Shown: one piece after another, positions 1 through 14,000 of the stretch
Layout: the number at the start of each line of letters is the position of its first letter
Numbering within the stretch: the first letter of the stretch is position 1
Assembly: GCA_951406725.2 (NCBI GenBank)
Contig: OX597823.1
Span: 110,112,001 to 110,176,000 of the forward strand
DNA length: 64,000 nucleotides
Source of the DNA: Octopus vulgaris
Lineage: Eukaryota
Direction: 5' to 3'
Program-made: the position numbers and the translations under genes
The notes under the pieces: model-generated
The model's database searches: none
Told to the model about the DNA's origin: nothing
The model's input: the letters and a program-made list of their open reading frames with translations, nothing else

Positions 1-183
1 AGAATTGGTGTTGTAGTTGTGTTGACAGTGGTAGTTTTAGCGATGGTGGTTGAACTGGTGCTGGTGTTAGTGACGATTGTAAGGGGCCATGCCAGCAGCA
101 GTGAGAACAATGGTAATGCTTGTGGTAGTTGCAATAATGATGGCAATGTCAGCGTTTGCGGTGTTGCTATTTGTAGTGGTGCG

Positions 184-200
184 AGTAGTAGTAATAGTAA

Positions 201-282
<82 letters not shown>

Positions 283-298
283 GGTGGTGGTGGTGGTG

Positions 299-342
<44 letters not shown>

Positions 343-355
343 GGTGGTGGTGGTG

Positions 356-398
<43 letters not shown>

Positions 399-466
399 GA
401 GTGGTTGTGGTGGTGATGGTGGTGGTGGTAGTAGTAGTAGTAGTGGTGGTGATGGTGGTGATGGTG

Positions 467-536
<70 letters not shown>

Positions 537-560
537 CAGCAGCAGTAGCAGTAGTTGTAG
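184..560. repeat. Compound (AGT)n/(GGT)n trinucleotide microsatellite
   Basis: Read directly. It produces the poly-Ser/Gly and poly-Val ORFs 19..564 and 89..601. Confidence 0.95.
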
Positions 561-632
561 TTAATGTTGCTTTTTTTATGTGTTCACAAACTATATCTTG
601 ATCTGCTTCATTCGACTTACCCTTAGGGCCTT

Positions 633-701
633 TATCTATCTATTTACCTATCTATCTATCTCTCTATCCATCCATCCATCCATCCATCCATCCATCCATC
701 C

Positions 702-757
<56 letters not shown>

Positions 758-830
758 GTCTGTCTGTCTGTATCCCTGTCTCTCTATCTACCTGCCTCTG
801 TGTCTGTCTGTCTTTCTATTTATCTATCTG
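633..830. repeat. (ATCT)n/(CCAT)n/(TCTG)n tetranucleotide microsatellite
   Basis: Read directly. Confidence 0.95.
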
Positions 831-1822
831 TCTACATGTGACTATCGACACCTCTTACCCTGTTTTTACCTTTTCCCGCCGACCGCCGAAACGACTGGTC
901 GTAATTTCTCTCATTTCCCACTTTTAATACGTTTCTCTGTGTCTCTGTGGTCCTTCTGTTTCTAATCTTTTACGATTTTCCTCCTGGATTTAAGTATATT
1001 TTCCTCTCCTGTCTATATATCTGTTTCAGTTTGTTCGTATGCCCTCATTTCGTCTTGCTTTTTCCTCTCTGTCCACTAATGGTCTTCTTTTGAATCACAT
1101 TTATTTCATGTTTGTATGTTCGCTTTCATATTGCATATTTGTTTAATTCTTGTTTGTTTGTTGCTTTTCAAAGGATTGGTCCCTTGTTCGTTGGTTCGCC
1201 ATTTCCCGGCGGCTCATTGCTACCAGTACCACCAGCAATGCGGAACAATATCATCATTTAAAGGCGCGAAATCGCGCTGATCCTTTGGTCGATTACTGAT
1301 GAGGATTTAGCGACCGTCTCTGTCGTTACATCCTCATCAGTTTCTACAATTTTTGTTTGATTGCACATTGTTTATTGTACATTTTTTGTCCGATTGTTTG
1401 TTCATTTATTACGTTTTTAACTTATTTTATGTGTGTGTGCGTGTGTGTGTATTAAAGAACTAAAGGTCTCTTTCAAGGTAGGTCCAGATGCTATTACGTG
1501 CAAGTCAGCAGACCTGCTTCAAGTCCGATGCGTCAGTTCGATTGTACCTGTTTTCAAGGAGTGTCTAACCACGTACATTTAAGCAATTGCATGCGTTCAT
1601 GCACTCAATATGTATTTTGAATGGATAGTGCATCGTAAATTGTATGAATACGATGACCTCGGTCTATAAAACACTTGAGATAGATTGTCATCTATTTCAA
1701 TTTATATATGCTCAGTAAAAAACTGAACCTCACAACACTTACACGTATCGACTACTATATATTGCCCCAGAACTTTTTCTAACCACATTTATATATGCAT
1801 GTGTGTGTGCTCGTGTGTATGC

Positions 1823-1869
<47 letters not shown>

Positions 1870-1901
1870 TATTTATATGTATATACGTGAGCATATATAT
1901 G

Positions 1902-1941
<40 letters not shown>

Positions 1942-1943
<2 letters not shown>

Positions 1944-2048
1944 CCTGCTCGCTTAGCCAGCGGCGTGGCATCATTCGAAGGCTAAAAGTATGCGAACGCA
2001 TTGTGACCAGTGATGTGTAGCAACACCTGATGGTCTAGTCAGTCACGT

Positions 2049-2050
<2 letters not shown>
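1942..2050. repeat. Short GC-rich interspersed-repeat fragment embedded in (TA)n
   Basis: ~110-bp complex island (ggcctgctcgcttagccagcgg...agtcacgtga) with (TA)n on both sides. It resembles a truncated retroposon 3' end. Confidence 0.5.
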
Positions 2051-2104
<54 letters not shown>

Positions 2105-2110
2105 TGTATG

Positions 2111-2142
<32 letters not shown>

Positions 2143-2199
2143 TGTTTGCGCGTGTATATACATATGAGCATATGCATATATTTCCAAGCGTTACTCTTT

Positions 2200-2900
2200 G
2201 TCGATGATATTACTCACTAATTCTTATTACTTGTATGTTCATTTAAAACGAATCTCATATCGCTTATGAACTGATACATTAAGTCAATCATTTCGGTCTC
2301 AATCTCCCGGTATTGGTTAACATGAAATAATGCAATCAATTATAACTTATGTAACATATTAACAAAACTTGCATGACATCAGTTACTTGATATTGTAAAA
2401 CCAACTATTTTGATTGCAGACACAACTGTACAAAAGAACTGTGCTTTATTGAAAATATTTTCACTGATATCCTTTAGACTGAACGAGATTACATATAACA
2501 TCAGACAATGGCCTGTATTACAGTTCAACTCACATTCTTTTATCTTAAAATATATCTCTAATTAGGTTACGTAATTTTGAGAAAGGAATTAATATATCGT
2601 ATCAATTAACCTCAGTGCTTAGAAAGTACGTTATTTTTTCGGTTCCGGCTGTATTTCTTGCTGATTTCGTCAGTAACTGAACGCAAAATATTAGGGACCG
2701 CTCTACCGATTCTGGCAATCTACCATTCTTCATATAATATGAAGAAACATTTGTAGAAGGAATTCCAAGTGTAATGAACCTCATTAAACGTATCTGTAAG
2801 TTCAGCAGCACACCAAATATTCAGAATATGGAGTCATTAATTTTCAGTGTAACACCTTCCTGTAAATGAATTTCCAGGTAGAAGCGCCACATAAATGTAA
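2200..2900 (-). mobile_element. Highly degenerate Penelope-like RT C-terminal/thumb remnant
   Basis: Broken-frame similarity: 'HYTWNSF', 'VERSLIFC' (cf. L..RA..ICS), 'EKITYFLST' (cf. EL..I...L..NGYP). Confidence 0.3.
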
Positions 2901-3169
2901 AAGCTCGTGTCCAATAACTTATTGAATTGCAATTACAATTTTGGTGGTAATTCTAAATCATCGTTAAATCGTTGACAAGGTCTTGCAGTTGTGCGTTTAG
3001 AAATAGAAATCTATCTGGAGATCCAAACTTAAGTTACCAAATTAATATTAATCCCGAAAATAGGACAGAAAATTACAGGACAACAGCAGGAAGAACGGTG
3101 TACAAATATTCAGCTTTTATACTCTGTGAGAGAAGAAAATCTAAAGATTTTATGGCATTAACAGCAACA

Positions 3170-3551
3170 TCTTTATATATAAAATTGAGGTTTTGTGCTG
3201 TCTGTCTCCTACGATTTAGATTCCTAACTACTCCCACATTTTGCGGTGCAGTTTAATCAAAACCGGGTATCTTATAGTCGGGATTCATATCGAGCCCTTC
3301 TGGGTATTAGCGCGCGTCTACCATGAGTCTACGATTTAAAAAAAATTTACCATCAATTTTTCCCATTTTTAATGCATTTTTGGCATATATAAGGGAAGTA
3401 GCTCTCTAAAAATCTATTATTAAATCTCAAAGCTACAGTAACACTTTTGTGGTTAGCCATATTGAGATGGCTATTATACTTTACATCTCTAAAAATGCTT
3501 ATATAGTTATTTCCCTTACAAAACCCGAGCAACGCCGGGCGATACTGCTAG
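3170..3551 (+). mobile_element. Non-autonomous Helitron (~380 bp)
   Basis: Starts TC (tctttatatataaaa) after an A. Ends with a GC-rich subterminal hairpin cccgagcaacgccggg (3524-3539), then CTAG (3548-3551), then T. The A|T insertion site has no TSD. Confidence 0.85.
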
Positions 3552-3779
3552 TTTATAATAAAACTTCTTTGATAGTCACAAGGGCTCGGAGAGTTGCAGA
3601 AAATACAAAGACACAAAATGGTGATCTTACAAATTCATGTTGAGAGGAGCAGATAAATTACACCATAATCGTGGTAGAGGTAAATGCGATATATAACTGA
3701 GCCATTTAAATATTTATAAAATGAAAAATGTGTATTGAAATAAAAATTAAGTAAAACAATTTATTTCTATAAAAAATAG

Positions 3780-6560
3780 ATATTTCCACCTGCGCTAACC
3801 AGAGAACCCCACTTCCTTGATAACACCTGCAGTTTAATTTCTTGTATTGTTGCTTGCTTGAGATTCCGAAATCGTCCGTCAGGAGTTCTTGTATTCTTGT
3901 GTCAGTGAGAAAGCCACGTCCTCTGGATCTTGGAAATATAATAATTTGCGAAGTCTATTTGAAATCTGAAATATTATACTGTCGTTGTTGTTGTTGCTAT
4001 TGTCATATCATTCACTCCTTCATCCATACTCTCCATGGATATTCTTTGCGCATACTTATATAAGAGTCTTATTAGAGACTTTTATTATTGCGAATTCCTG
4101 TGAATTTCATATCGTCTATATCGGGAGCCAGACCCACCTCACGTGATATTGGTTCTCCTTTGTTATATATGTGTCTTTCTCAGTGGGAAGATGCTTTCTG
4201 GGGTGGAGGAAGTGTAAATGAATCTCACATGTTTTATAGCTTATTCTGGTATCTTTGTTGGGGTTTCCGTTTATTATATATATATTTTTTATTGTGGCAT
4301 GTTTATCCACATCGGCCTTTGTCCGGCTGAGATAGAAGACTTTTTGGTCTCGTGCCTAACTCCTGATAATAAGGAAAGGGAAATTTCATAATGTCATTTA
4401 CCTATTTCTTTATTACCCACAAAGGGCTAAACACAGAGGGGACAAACAAGGACAGACATAGGTATTAAGTCGATTACATCGACGCCAGTGCGTAACTGGT
4501 ACTTAATTTATCGACCCCGAAAGGATGAAAGGCAAAGTCGACCTCGGCGGAATTTGAACTCACAACGTAACGCAGACGAAATACCGCTAAGCATTTCGCC
4601 CGGCGTGCTAACGTTTCTGCCAGCTCGCCGCCTTTCATAATGTCATTTACCGATCCCTGATTTGTGCCTGTTGTCCCTCTGGGATCGACAAATCCCACGA
4701 TATTTTTTCTACTTTTCATCTGTTGACATATTTGCGCAGAAATCTTTGACATCTGTTATTGCTCCCACATATTTAAGTGTTGGGTGGTATTTCTTGCACA
4801 GTGAACTTTAAGGTCTTCCTCTCAGAACACTCTAGTAGATACAATTTTAGTAAGGTTTGCGGTCTTGGTGTTATTAGAACTAGTATTTTGGGTCTTGATG
4901 ATCATTAGGGTTTGCATCTCCATCGTAGTTCCAATCGGTCACATATCATCTCAGCTTACCATCTGCCCATATTGTTCCTCGAAGGTAAGTACTAACCAGG
5001 GATTGACATCATCACCGTTGACCTTTTATCAAATACTGTAGAACCACATTATGAACAGGTTTACCGGCTGAAAATATTTGGTTTCAGCTTCTGTTCTGTC
5101 ATTCGCACTCACAGTAACATACTTGCCCTACCAGATGACGATTATTTCCCTAAAAATATATACCAGGACAGCTTCGAAAATGTGTTTGAAAAGGACGAAA
5201 AAAACCATTATACTTTTTGTAAGGTAGGGAGATACTACTTTACTCCTTGTACGGTCCTTTGTCAGACATTGGGTTGTCTGGCTTCTGTGCGAATTGTCTG
5301 GCCTCTGTACAAATTGCAGTGAAACTTTTAATGGTTAGAGACATTTTATCGCGTGAGTTTTCTGTTTAACAGAACACTAGCAAAAGACAGTTTGCCGTTG
5401 TTTGCATTTTTACATTCGAAACAATACGTACATGCGCACCATTATTGTTGCTGGTGATAAGAATTCCACTAGGTTTTTCAAATTGACTTTGTTTTTCTCT
5501 TCGTGTATATTATTAAAATTTTGCGTTGCACTTATATTATAGTTGTGTATTTTTATGTTTTCTCTGTCTGAAATGTATTATTTAATACATTTTCAGCTTT
5601 TTTTAATGTTGATGGTGATGTCTCGTGATACGTCCACGAGTAAAAATATAAATATAAATTTTAATTTTTCTATCGAGTCCATTAGCCATTTCTTGAAATC
5701 CCTCGTACATCCAAATGTGCCCATTAACATTTTCTGATTGAGTTGAGATTCGAAGTAACTTACATCCTCAAGAAACGTTTTGATGATAAAAAATATATTA
5801 TTAGTAATAAAATTATCAATAGAATTTTTTACGCTTTCATCCTCTAATTTTTTTATTTCATTTCAATACTTGCTTCGTCTTCATCTGCAGCCACAACAAT
5901 ATGTTGATGTACCAATGAAACGCTGTCTACTTATTTGTATGACTGTTTATTTCATTTCAAATTCCTTCGAGTCATTTTGTTGGTTATGGATATGAGGTGG
6001 GGTATCAGAGTATTTCTGAGATGGTCGCTGTTGTCTTGTTGAAAAATTTCATTAGGGTTCTGAGAAAGGCCATCGTTATTGATTATGCCAATGTGAACCT
6101 TCCTACCCCATATTTATCTGTCTTCTGTGGGTTTCTTGAATAGCGATGGAAATGACTATTCCACTTTTCTTGTTATTGCTTGCTTGGGAAGCATTTTTCT
6201 TTTATATAATATATAAATATATATATTTATATATTATATTTGTCTTTCGTTTTGCTCTTTGCGTTCTCCATCATCTGTGAATTCTTTAGCAGTTAGTATT
6301 TCCTCCACTTCGTTGATACATGAGGATTTCACAAACAAGTGGAATGCATTTGCTCACTTGTTTCTTTAATCGAATATGAAGTGACTTCCTTCCTCTAATT
6401 CAGTTGTGACTGATTCTATTTCTGGAAATTGGTGCTTGTTATACTGATTTCTCTGTGTTGTGTTCCTTTCTTATTTCTTATCTTAATATTACTACTTTGA
6501 GTAACAACTAGGCTTTATGATTTGCACCATCAATCCAATGCCTTACGTTTCGGCACTCTC
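3780..6560 (-). mobile_element. Heavily decayed R4/Dong-like (RLE-type) non-LTR retrotransposon fragments, interrupted by a SINE
   Basis: Broken-frame motifs on the minus strand: 'IDDMKF' (YMDD-like, ~4110), 'PRSRGRGFL' (LPRxxGGRG-like, ~3920), 'KISWDLSI' (KILWDFxIQTD-like, ~4690), 'ERKTL' C-terminus (~4820), and a FRPI-like segment (~5070). Confidence 0.4.
4403..4632 (-). mobile_element. tRNA-derived SINE, family A (ggcggcgagctggcagaa head), full length
   Basis: A box/B box-like head (gagttcaaattcc). Flanked by a 19-bp TSD tttcataatgtcatttacc at 4384-4402 and 4633-4651. Many homologous copies in the window. Confidence 0.9.
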
Positions 6561-6623
6561 TGTTCGGAACAGATCTGGAAATACCTTCTTGTGTTATGGG
6601 CTTGTTAGAACTTGCAAATCTTA

Positions 6624-6820
6624 AGGCGGCGAGCTGGCAGAAACGTGAGCACGCCGGGCGAAATGCGTAGCGGTGCTTCGTCTGTTTTTACTTTCTGAGT
6701 TCAAATTCCGCAGATGTCAACTTTGCCTTTCATCCTTTCTGGGTCGATAAATTGAGTACCAGTTGCGTACTGGAGTCGATCTAATCGATTGGTCCCCTCC
6801 CCCAAAGTTTCAGGCCTTGC
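6624..6820 (+). mobile_element. SINE family A
   Basis: Homologous to the 4403-4632 copy. 10-bp TSD gcaaatctta at 6614-6623 and 6821-6830. Confidence 0.9.
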
Positions 6821-8904
6821 GCAAATCTTACTTGGCCACTCTTGACCAACTTTATCTTCTCGTAATCTCTGCCTTAACCGTTGGTCTACACTACAATATA
6901 AAACGAACTACGAGCCAAGGATCAAAATCGTTAACAGTCTCCAAGATTGTTACCGTTGTATATCTCTGGTCCATATATTGAGACAAGTATGTAAATTAAT
7001 ACAAGATTTTTTCTCATGGTAGGGTGTGAAGATGAATCACCTCATGACAAAAAATACCTGAACCAGCTGCTTGGAATTTACTGTGTATATATGTGTGGTG
7101 GTGGTGGGGGGTGGGGGGCGTGATATGTGCGTATTCGTGCTGTGTGTTATGTACGTGTGCGTATGCGAGTATATAGGTAAATCATACCCTTAATATCAGT
7201 TTGCCTATCTAGTCTTTTAGCGAAAGGCAGTGTCATGCATTTGGATCAATTCTATAGTCTGTGGAATATTCAATATCCTGAATATTCTGGTTTTTCCATG
7301 AATCATGACTTCGCACCGCTGCCACAACCCAGCTACGATGTACTGCAACACAAAAAAAATGTATAAATTGGGCATTATCTTCGTCCTAAAAGTAAACTAA
7401 ATATATGCACACTCACATTCAAATACCGTTGTTCGTATATGTACTGTATATATTTACATACATATATGCTAATAATTCATGTATGTTTACGCACACATTC
7501 ATACGCACATATGTATATACGTACACACAGATAATTTTTTTATCTTCCAAAAATATAGCATTGTTTGAATAAATAAATAATAGGTTGCTTATTTATTTTT
7601 TACATTCAAATATAATTTCACATACTGTTGATATTTACTCAAACATTTCAGATATTTTAACCAGAAATACAAGAACAGGAATGCATAACCACACACACAC
7701 ACGCACATAGCTAGAGAGAGACTTATATTTAAGCTTGTCTGTATTTATATACTTTTTTTTAAAAATAAAACTGAAGAGTGATATAAATGAGTAAAAAAAA
7801 AGACTACTTCGTCTTTTTTTTTCTAAATGTGGTTACACATTAAACGAATCTAATGATATTAATATACATATGAATATATGCTTACACCAATACACCTACG
7901 CACGCACATATACACGCTGAATCACACACATATGCACACCCCATACATATGTATTTATATATTCATATATAAATACAATTTTAAAATGGGCAATTCATAT
8001 TTTACCATGAATATTTTAAAAAATCTACAACACAAAGCCACATTGTATTATTTTTTTCAGTTTTGATAAATGTAGTCTGATATAATGGGCAACAGATATA
8101 GCATTGAAATAATGTTTGCTGTAACAAAGTTACCGGAAATTTTGATAAGGCAAGCGACTAAGAGAGAGTGAGTTTGAGAGAAAATGGAGAGAGAACAGAA
8201 TCGGCGATGGAGGAAGAGAGAGAGAGCGAAAGAGAAGGATGACAAAAGACAAAATATACAAACCACAAAAATCAATTTTATTTTATTTCATTCTATTTAT
8301 GGTGTGGTTAATTTTGTTTTATTTTGGTGGGGGGGTTTAATTTTTATTGCTTTTTATTTCGGCTTATATTATTTCATTTTGTTTATGAATATTGTGTTTA
8401 TATATAAATATTTTTTGACTTTTTTTCAATTGGGCTTTGAAGATTTGACAGTAATAGAACAATTTATTTCAGGGGTCAATCATAATTTTTGTCTGGATTA
8501 CAACGAAACAATAGATTGGGAAATTATTTGAATGGTTATTTCAATTCATTTAGATTTATTTTTTTTATTGTTATTAATTTCTGTGTATATTTTGTACGTT
8601 TATGTGTAGGTTGGTGCATGTGTGTCTGTATGTGTTTCTAATGTACGGTTTGTCTATTGGGTTATCTTAGAGTGTATGCGTGTGTGTGTGAATGTGTGTA
8701 TTTTTGTATGTTTTGGGTGTGCGTACATCCGTGCGTGTGTGTGTGCGTGTGCGTCAATGTATACCCTTATTTGTTTTTCATTATTGATTTGTGTGAGTAT
8801 ATTTTTTAGTTGTTGATTTTCCGTATGATGTTTATTTTTTTGCCAAGATGTACGTATGTGTATATGGGTATATATGCGTGTGTTTGTATGCATATGTATG
8901 TGTG

Positions 8905-8939
<35 letters not shown>

Positions 8940-10557
8940 ATGTGTATATGTGTGTATATATATGCGCATCCACTCTCGTACAGGCTCATACACATGTATA
9001 TATATATATATATGTGGTGTGGGTGTATGTATGTGTGTCTTTGTGTGTGTGTCTGTGTTTGTGTATGTGTATGTGAGTGCATGTGTGTTTAAGTGTGTGC
9101 GTACGTTTATGTCTTAGTGAGTATGGGTGTTATTTCGGTTTTAAATATGAAAAGAAGATAAAATTTATTTTTGAACAATAGGGAAAATAATTATTGATCT
9201 GCTCACTTCCCCTCTGTCACATTTATACACAATATAACAAATATTTATAACAATGACAATAACATCACTACTACCGCTGCGACTACCATTATCATTACTT
9301 CTTGTAATAATAATAATGATGATGATGATGATGATGATGTCGATGTTGATGATGGTGGTGGCGACGGTGGTGGTAGTGTTAGCGGTGGTGCTGGTAATGG
9401 TGGTGGTGTTGGTGATGGTGACCACGATGATGATGATTTAGTATTGCTAGTCATAATAGAGGCAAAATTGCAACACTAATAGTATCAATGGTAATTATAA
9501 TTTCTTTCGTAAATTCATAATAATACTTGTTATAATGTATACTGAGATTTCCATCTCGTATTCTTTACATTCAACATAACAAGTCCCTTCAGCAAAATCG
9601 CTCTTTGTTCTTTGTAACATAACAGTAGCCAGTGGTGGCAGTGATGTTTCCTTATACTAAGACTAAACTTTAAAAGTTATTACTTATCGTTCCGCTAAGC
9701 ATGTAGGACTAACATTCTACAATCAGTTTCAACCATTGCTGCTACCAGTACCACCACCTTTACCTCCACTATAACCGCAACATTTAACACTATAATGCAA
9801 TAACCACAAAATTGACAGCTACTTACTTCTAAACCTATCCATCCAGAGTGAATATGCCCCTGGGTCTTTCGAGAGTTTACGGTAAAACTTTGAATAAATT
9901 ACTCATGTTCGTCAAACTGTTCATGACAAATCTAAAATTTAGTACTCGTAGACTCAAATATATTACCGTAAAAAACTGCTCAAAATAATTTTGTCGCTAG
10001 TAACTTAACTTATTTGAGCGTGTGTATCTTGAAACCCTTTCTTGAAAACTAATTTGCAAGTCTTCCTTATTAAAATATAACACACCTAGTTATAGGTCTG
10101 AACATGATTCTTATTTAAATGTATGTATTATGTATATACCTACGTATATATGCATGTATGTTTGTATGTATGTATGTATGTATACTTGTATGTGTGTGAA
10201 TGTATGTGTGTGGCATGTGAGTGTATTTGTGTTTAAACATGATGTAATATTCATTTGGTGGGGAGAGTGTGAATTTCAATTTGATCACAGATATCGATAA
10301 AATATGTACATATTTTCTATTAAGGTCGGATCTAATGACATTAAACCTATTTTTACAAATCTAAAATGGTGCCATCGGAATATTTTTTAATGCATGGCTT
10401 GATTTAATGTTGCTAACGTTATGTTGCTCATTTAAACTATTTGGAACACTCTCTAGTTTAATATAATAATGTGCGAAGTTCCTAACTTTTAGATATGTCG
10501 TGGGGATACGTTTGCGTTTGCTATAAAAAATACTTCTGCTTCAAAATTGAACTTACA

Positions 10558-11080
10558 GAGAGAGACAGAGAACGAGAGAGAGAAAGAGAGAGAGAGAGAG
10601 ATGTATTGAGAGAGAGAACGGGAGGGAGAGAGAGAGAGAACAAGAGCGAGAGAGATGCAGTGAGAGGGAGAGAATGAGAGAGAGATGCAGTGAGAGGGAG
10701 AGAGATGCAATGAAAGAGAGAGAACGAGAGCGAGAGAGATGCAGTGAGAGAGTGAGAACGAGAGAGAGATACAGTGAGAGAGAGAGAGAACGAGAGAGAG
10801 AGATGCAGTGAGAGAGAGAGAGAACGAGAGAGAGAGAGATGCAGTGAGAGAGAGAGAGAACGAGAGAGAGAGATGCAGTGAGAGAGAGAGAACGAGTGAG
10901 AGAGATGCAGTGAGAGAGAGAGAACGAGAGCGAGAGAGAGAGGCAGTGAGAGAGAGAGAGAACGAGAGAGAGATGCAGTGAGAGGGAGAGAACGAGGGAG
11001 ATGCAGTGAGAGAGAGAGATAACGAGAGAGAGAACAAGAGTGAGAGATGCAGTGAAAGAGAGATAGAACGAGAGAGAGCG
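10558..11080. repeat. GA-rich minisatellite: (GA)n-ATGCAGT-(GA)n-AACGAG units
   Basis: About 15 recurrences of gatgcagtgagag alternating with gaacgagag. Followed by a long (GT)n at 11086-11220. Confidence 0.9.
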
Positions 11081-11084
11081 TGCG

Positions 11085-11221
<137 letters not shown>

Positions 11222-11357
11222 CGTGTGCGTGCGTGTGTATGAAGGATAACGTAGAAAGTATATATTCACCACCTGAAAGAGTCTATGTTCTCTTTTCTAC
11301 CATTCTTTTATTCTATCATTCTTTTACTGCTGTCTCTCGTTATACCGACAGCAGTGA

Positions 11358-11575
11358 GAGCGGTGAGCTGGCAGAATTCTTAGCAGTGCCGGACAAAATG
11401 CTTAGCGGCATCTCCTCCGACTTTACATTCTCAGTTCAAAGACTTCCAAGGTCGACTTTGCCTTATCAAATTGGGTTCGATAAAGTAAGCACCAGCAAAA
11501 CATTTAGCTAATGCTATCACCCTGCTCCATTCTGTTAAAAAATGTACTAGCCTAGTGCCAAAATTTGAATCAATT
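11358..11575 (+). mobile_element. SINE family A, degenerate
   Basis: gcggtgagctggcagaattcttagca...ggtcgactttgcctt...gataaagtaagcaccag. Confidence 0.75.
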
Positions 11576-11917
11576 ATACCGACCTCAGTGCGTAGTTTAG
11601 CATTTATTTTAAAGACCGTTACGTTGAGACAGCAGGATGCAATACGTAGATTACACCTGTAAACAGAAATAGATGCAAAAACTCTAACGGTTAATCCATG
11701 CATTCTCCCAGATAGACATATGCACACACACACATGCACACACGCACATGGATACACATAAACGCACAGACAGACAGACACACACACATAACGAAATTTT
11801 AGTGTTAAGCAGTGTTTAGGCAAACAAACCGGGTATGTTCACACCTTTTACCGTAGCAGCAGTGTATTTGCGTTTTAGCAGTTAAAATATCTCATAGGAT
11901 CGTGAGTATGTGTGTGT

Positions 11918-11990
<73 letters not shown>

Positions 11991-12029
11991 TGTAAGTGTG
12001 TATGTGTCTGTGTGTAAGCATTGTACACA

Positions 12030-12160
12030 ACAGTCAGGCTTTTACCGAGTTTCATTCTAGCACAAGCCACTAGGAGTGCATTAACGTATCCGAGAGTACA
12101 ATGAGAAACATACGTGGAATATGCCAGGCAGTGGGATCGAATTCGAATCAACGGCTATGT
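12030..12160 (-). mobile_element. Degenerate SINE family C fragment
   Basis: Loose similarity to the reverse complement of 28086-28250. Confidence 0.4.
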
Positions 12161-12249
12161 TCTATAAACTAATGCAGAAAAGATATCCTCATCAAGCTTA
12201 ATTCCAGGTGTAAGTTTAGCAGTGAAGCGGCGTCAAAATGTATATACAT

Positions 12250-13150
12250 CAATTTTCGTATATTCATGAAAATAGATGTGGAGATAATCTTGTGAGTTTA
12301 AGCTCCCCGTTGGTTTATGTGACTAACGTCTTTTCACTTGGATGAGAATAGAAGGATGATCTCTTAACACTTCGGTTATTTCCTGTCTACAAAGACGAGA
12401 GTGTTTATTTATTTATCTATCAATTTTTACGATCCATTGTTGTACCCAGGACAGCCTTATGAACAGCTATTTCCACAAGCTACCTCTGTTTTTGTTGCTA
12501 TGGATTCTGTCTTTAAACAAATTTCGAGCAGAAAGCTCTTAAATGGCTTTTATTACTACGTCTACAGTATATGAATTCTGCTTTGGGAGAGGAATTTAAG
12601 AGTTTTTTATCAGCATCCTCTGCAGGATATAATCCCGGTGTTCTTTTCTTCTCGTGGTCGTGAGAAAATGTACATATGTGGCTAACTGCACCCGACTACA
12701 TATAAGTGCTTATCATGTTGCCACTCACTGCCCACCAATACTTTGTCAAGACAACGACTCCAAGTCACGAGCCAGCGTCAAAGATATTATTAAATGTATC
12801 CCAAATATTAAATACTAGTTGCGCTTTAGACATTTCTTTTTGAAAGAGAAGACACATTGTTCCATAACCCTTCGCTATACAAACGAAGATTACACACCGT
12901 ACATTCACTTTTATGTAATTCTTCCATGAATACCACAAGAGAGGGTATGTTTGGCTCAAACCAGTCACATATATGTTACATATATATTCTTTCGCAAACC
13001 TGCGATAGATTACCTGAGGCTGGCGAGCTTCTTCTGAGCGGAAGTTTTTCGAGAATTATGTCGTTTAGCAACACATGTCGTATCAAGACTTTTCTGGCTG
13101 GAAATTATTTCGGGGAACAATGGATGATTGTTAGTATTCAACACAATTTC
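12250..13150 (-). mobile_element. Very degenerate Penelope-like RT remnant
   Basis: Broken-frame similarity to G.AMG..SP..A, IY.RYVDD and VYRK.T motifs. Confidence 0.3.
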
Positions 13151-13334
13151 GTTTAACAAAGACTGTGGTTGAGAACTGATGTTGCTACTGTTGTTGTTCT
13201 CAAATGTGTTGCTTTTTATTTTGTAGAAATGTTTCTTTCCTATAGTTTATGAGTTAATTTATATGTGTCTGTGTGTAAGTGTGCGCGTGTATGTACATAA
13301 ACGTAAGCACACATGTACATACACACACACATAT

Positions 13335-13395
<61 letters not shown>

Positions 13396-13490
13396 CATAC
13401 ATATATACATGAGTGTCTTTGTATATATAATATATATATATTATATATGTGTGTTTGTGTTTGTGTGTGTGTATATATATATATACATAC

Positions 13491-13554
<64 letters not shown>

Positions 13555-13589
13555 ATAAAGTGTTAGGTGTGCTGTATAGAAATTGAATA

Positions 13590-14000
13590 TTGAGGAAAAT
13601 GTTAGAATTCTTAGTAAAAGAATGTGGAGTTAGGAGATGTGGAACATGCAACAACATCAATTTCAAATACTTAGAAAATGGTTCTCATATAAAATTCAAG
13701 AGCGGATCCCTTTTGAAAATAAATGCAGATATGAACTGCAAAGCGCAAAACTTCATACACTGCATTACCTGCCCAAACTTCAAAGAAAATTACATTGGCG
13801 AAACAAATAATTCCCTCTGTCATCTTGCAAGAATCCACAGGCAACATATCCGACAAAAGATTCCATTAAGCAAACGTCTGGAAATACGCAGAGACGGAAA
13901 ATTCAAAATTTTTCCCTTTTAGAAATGCGCATGGGACGATCTGCAATACCGAAAAGCAATGGAACTGCATTTCATCAAAAAATTCTCTCCAAAATTGAAC
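13590..14000 (+). mobile_element. Penelope-like GIY-YIG endonuclease fragment (pseudogene)
   Basis: ORF 13590..13922 reads C-GVRRCGTC linker, 'NCKAQNFIHCITCPNFKENYIGET...RIHRQHIR', 'FKIFPF'. After a frameshift it continues 'ELHFIKKFSPKLN', the typical PLE endonuclease end. Confidence 0.8.

Noticed and set aside
19-927. Long ORFs with poly-Ser/Gly/Val and YLSI repeats, and the many similar ORFs across the window
   Set aside because: They are translations of stop-free microsatellites, with no domain content or splice support.
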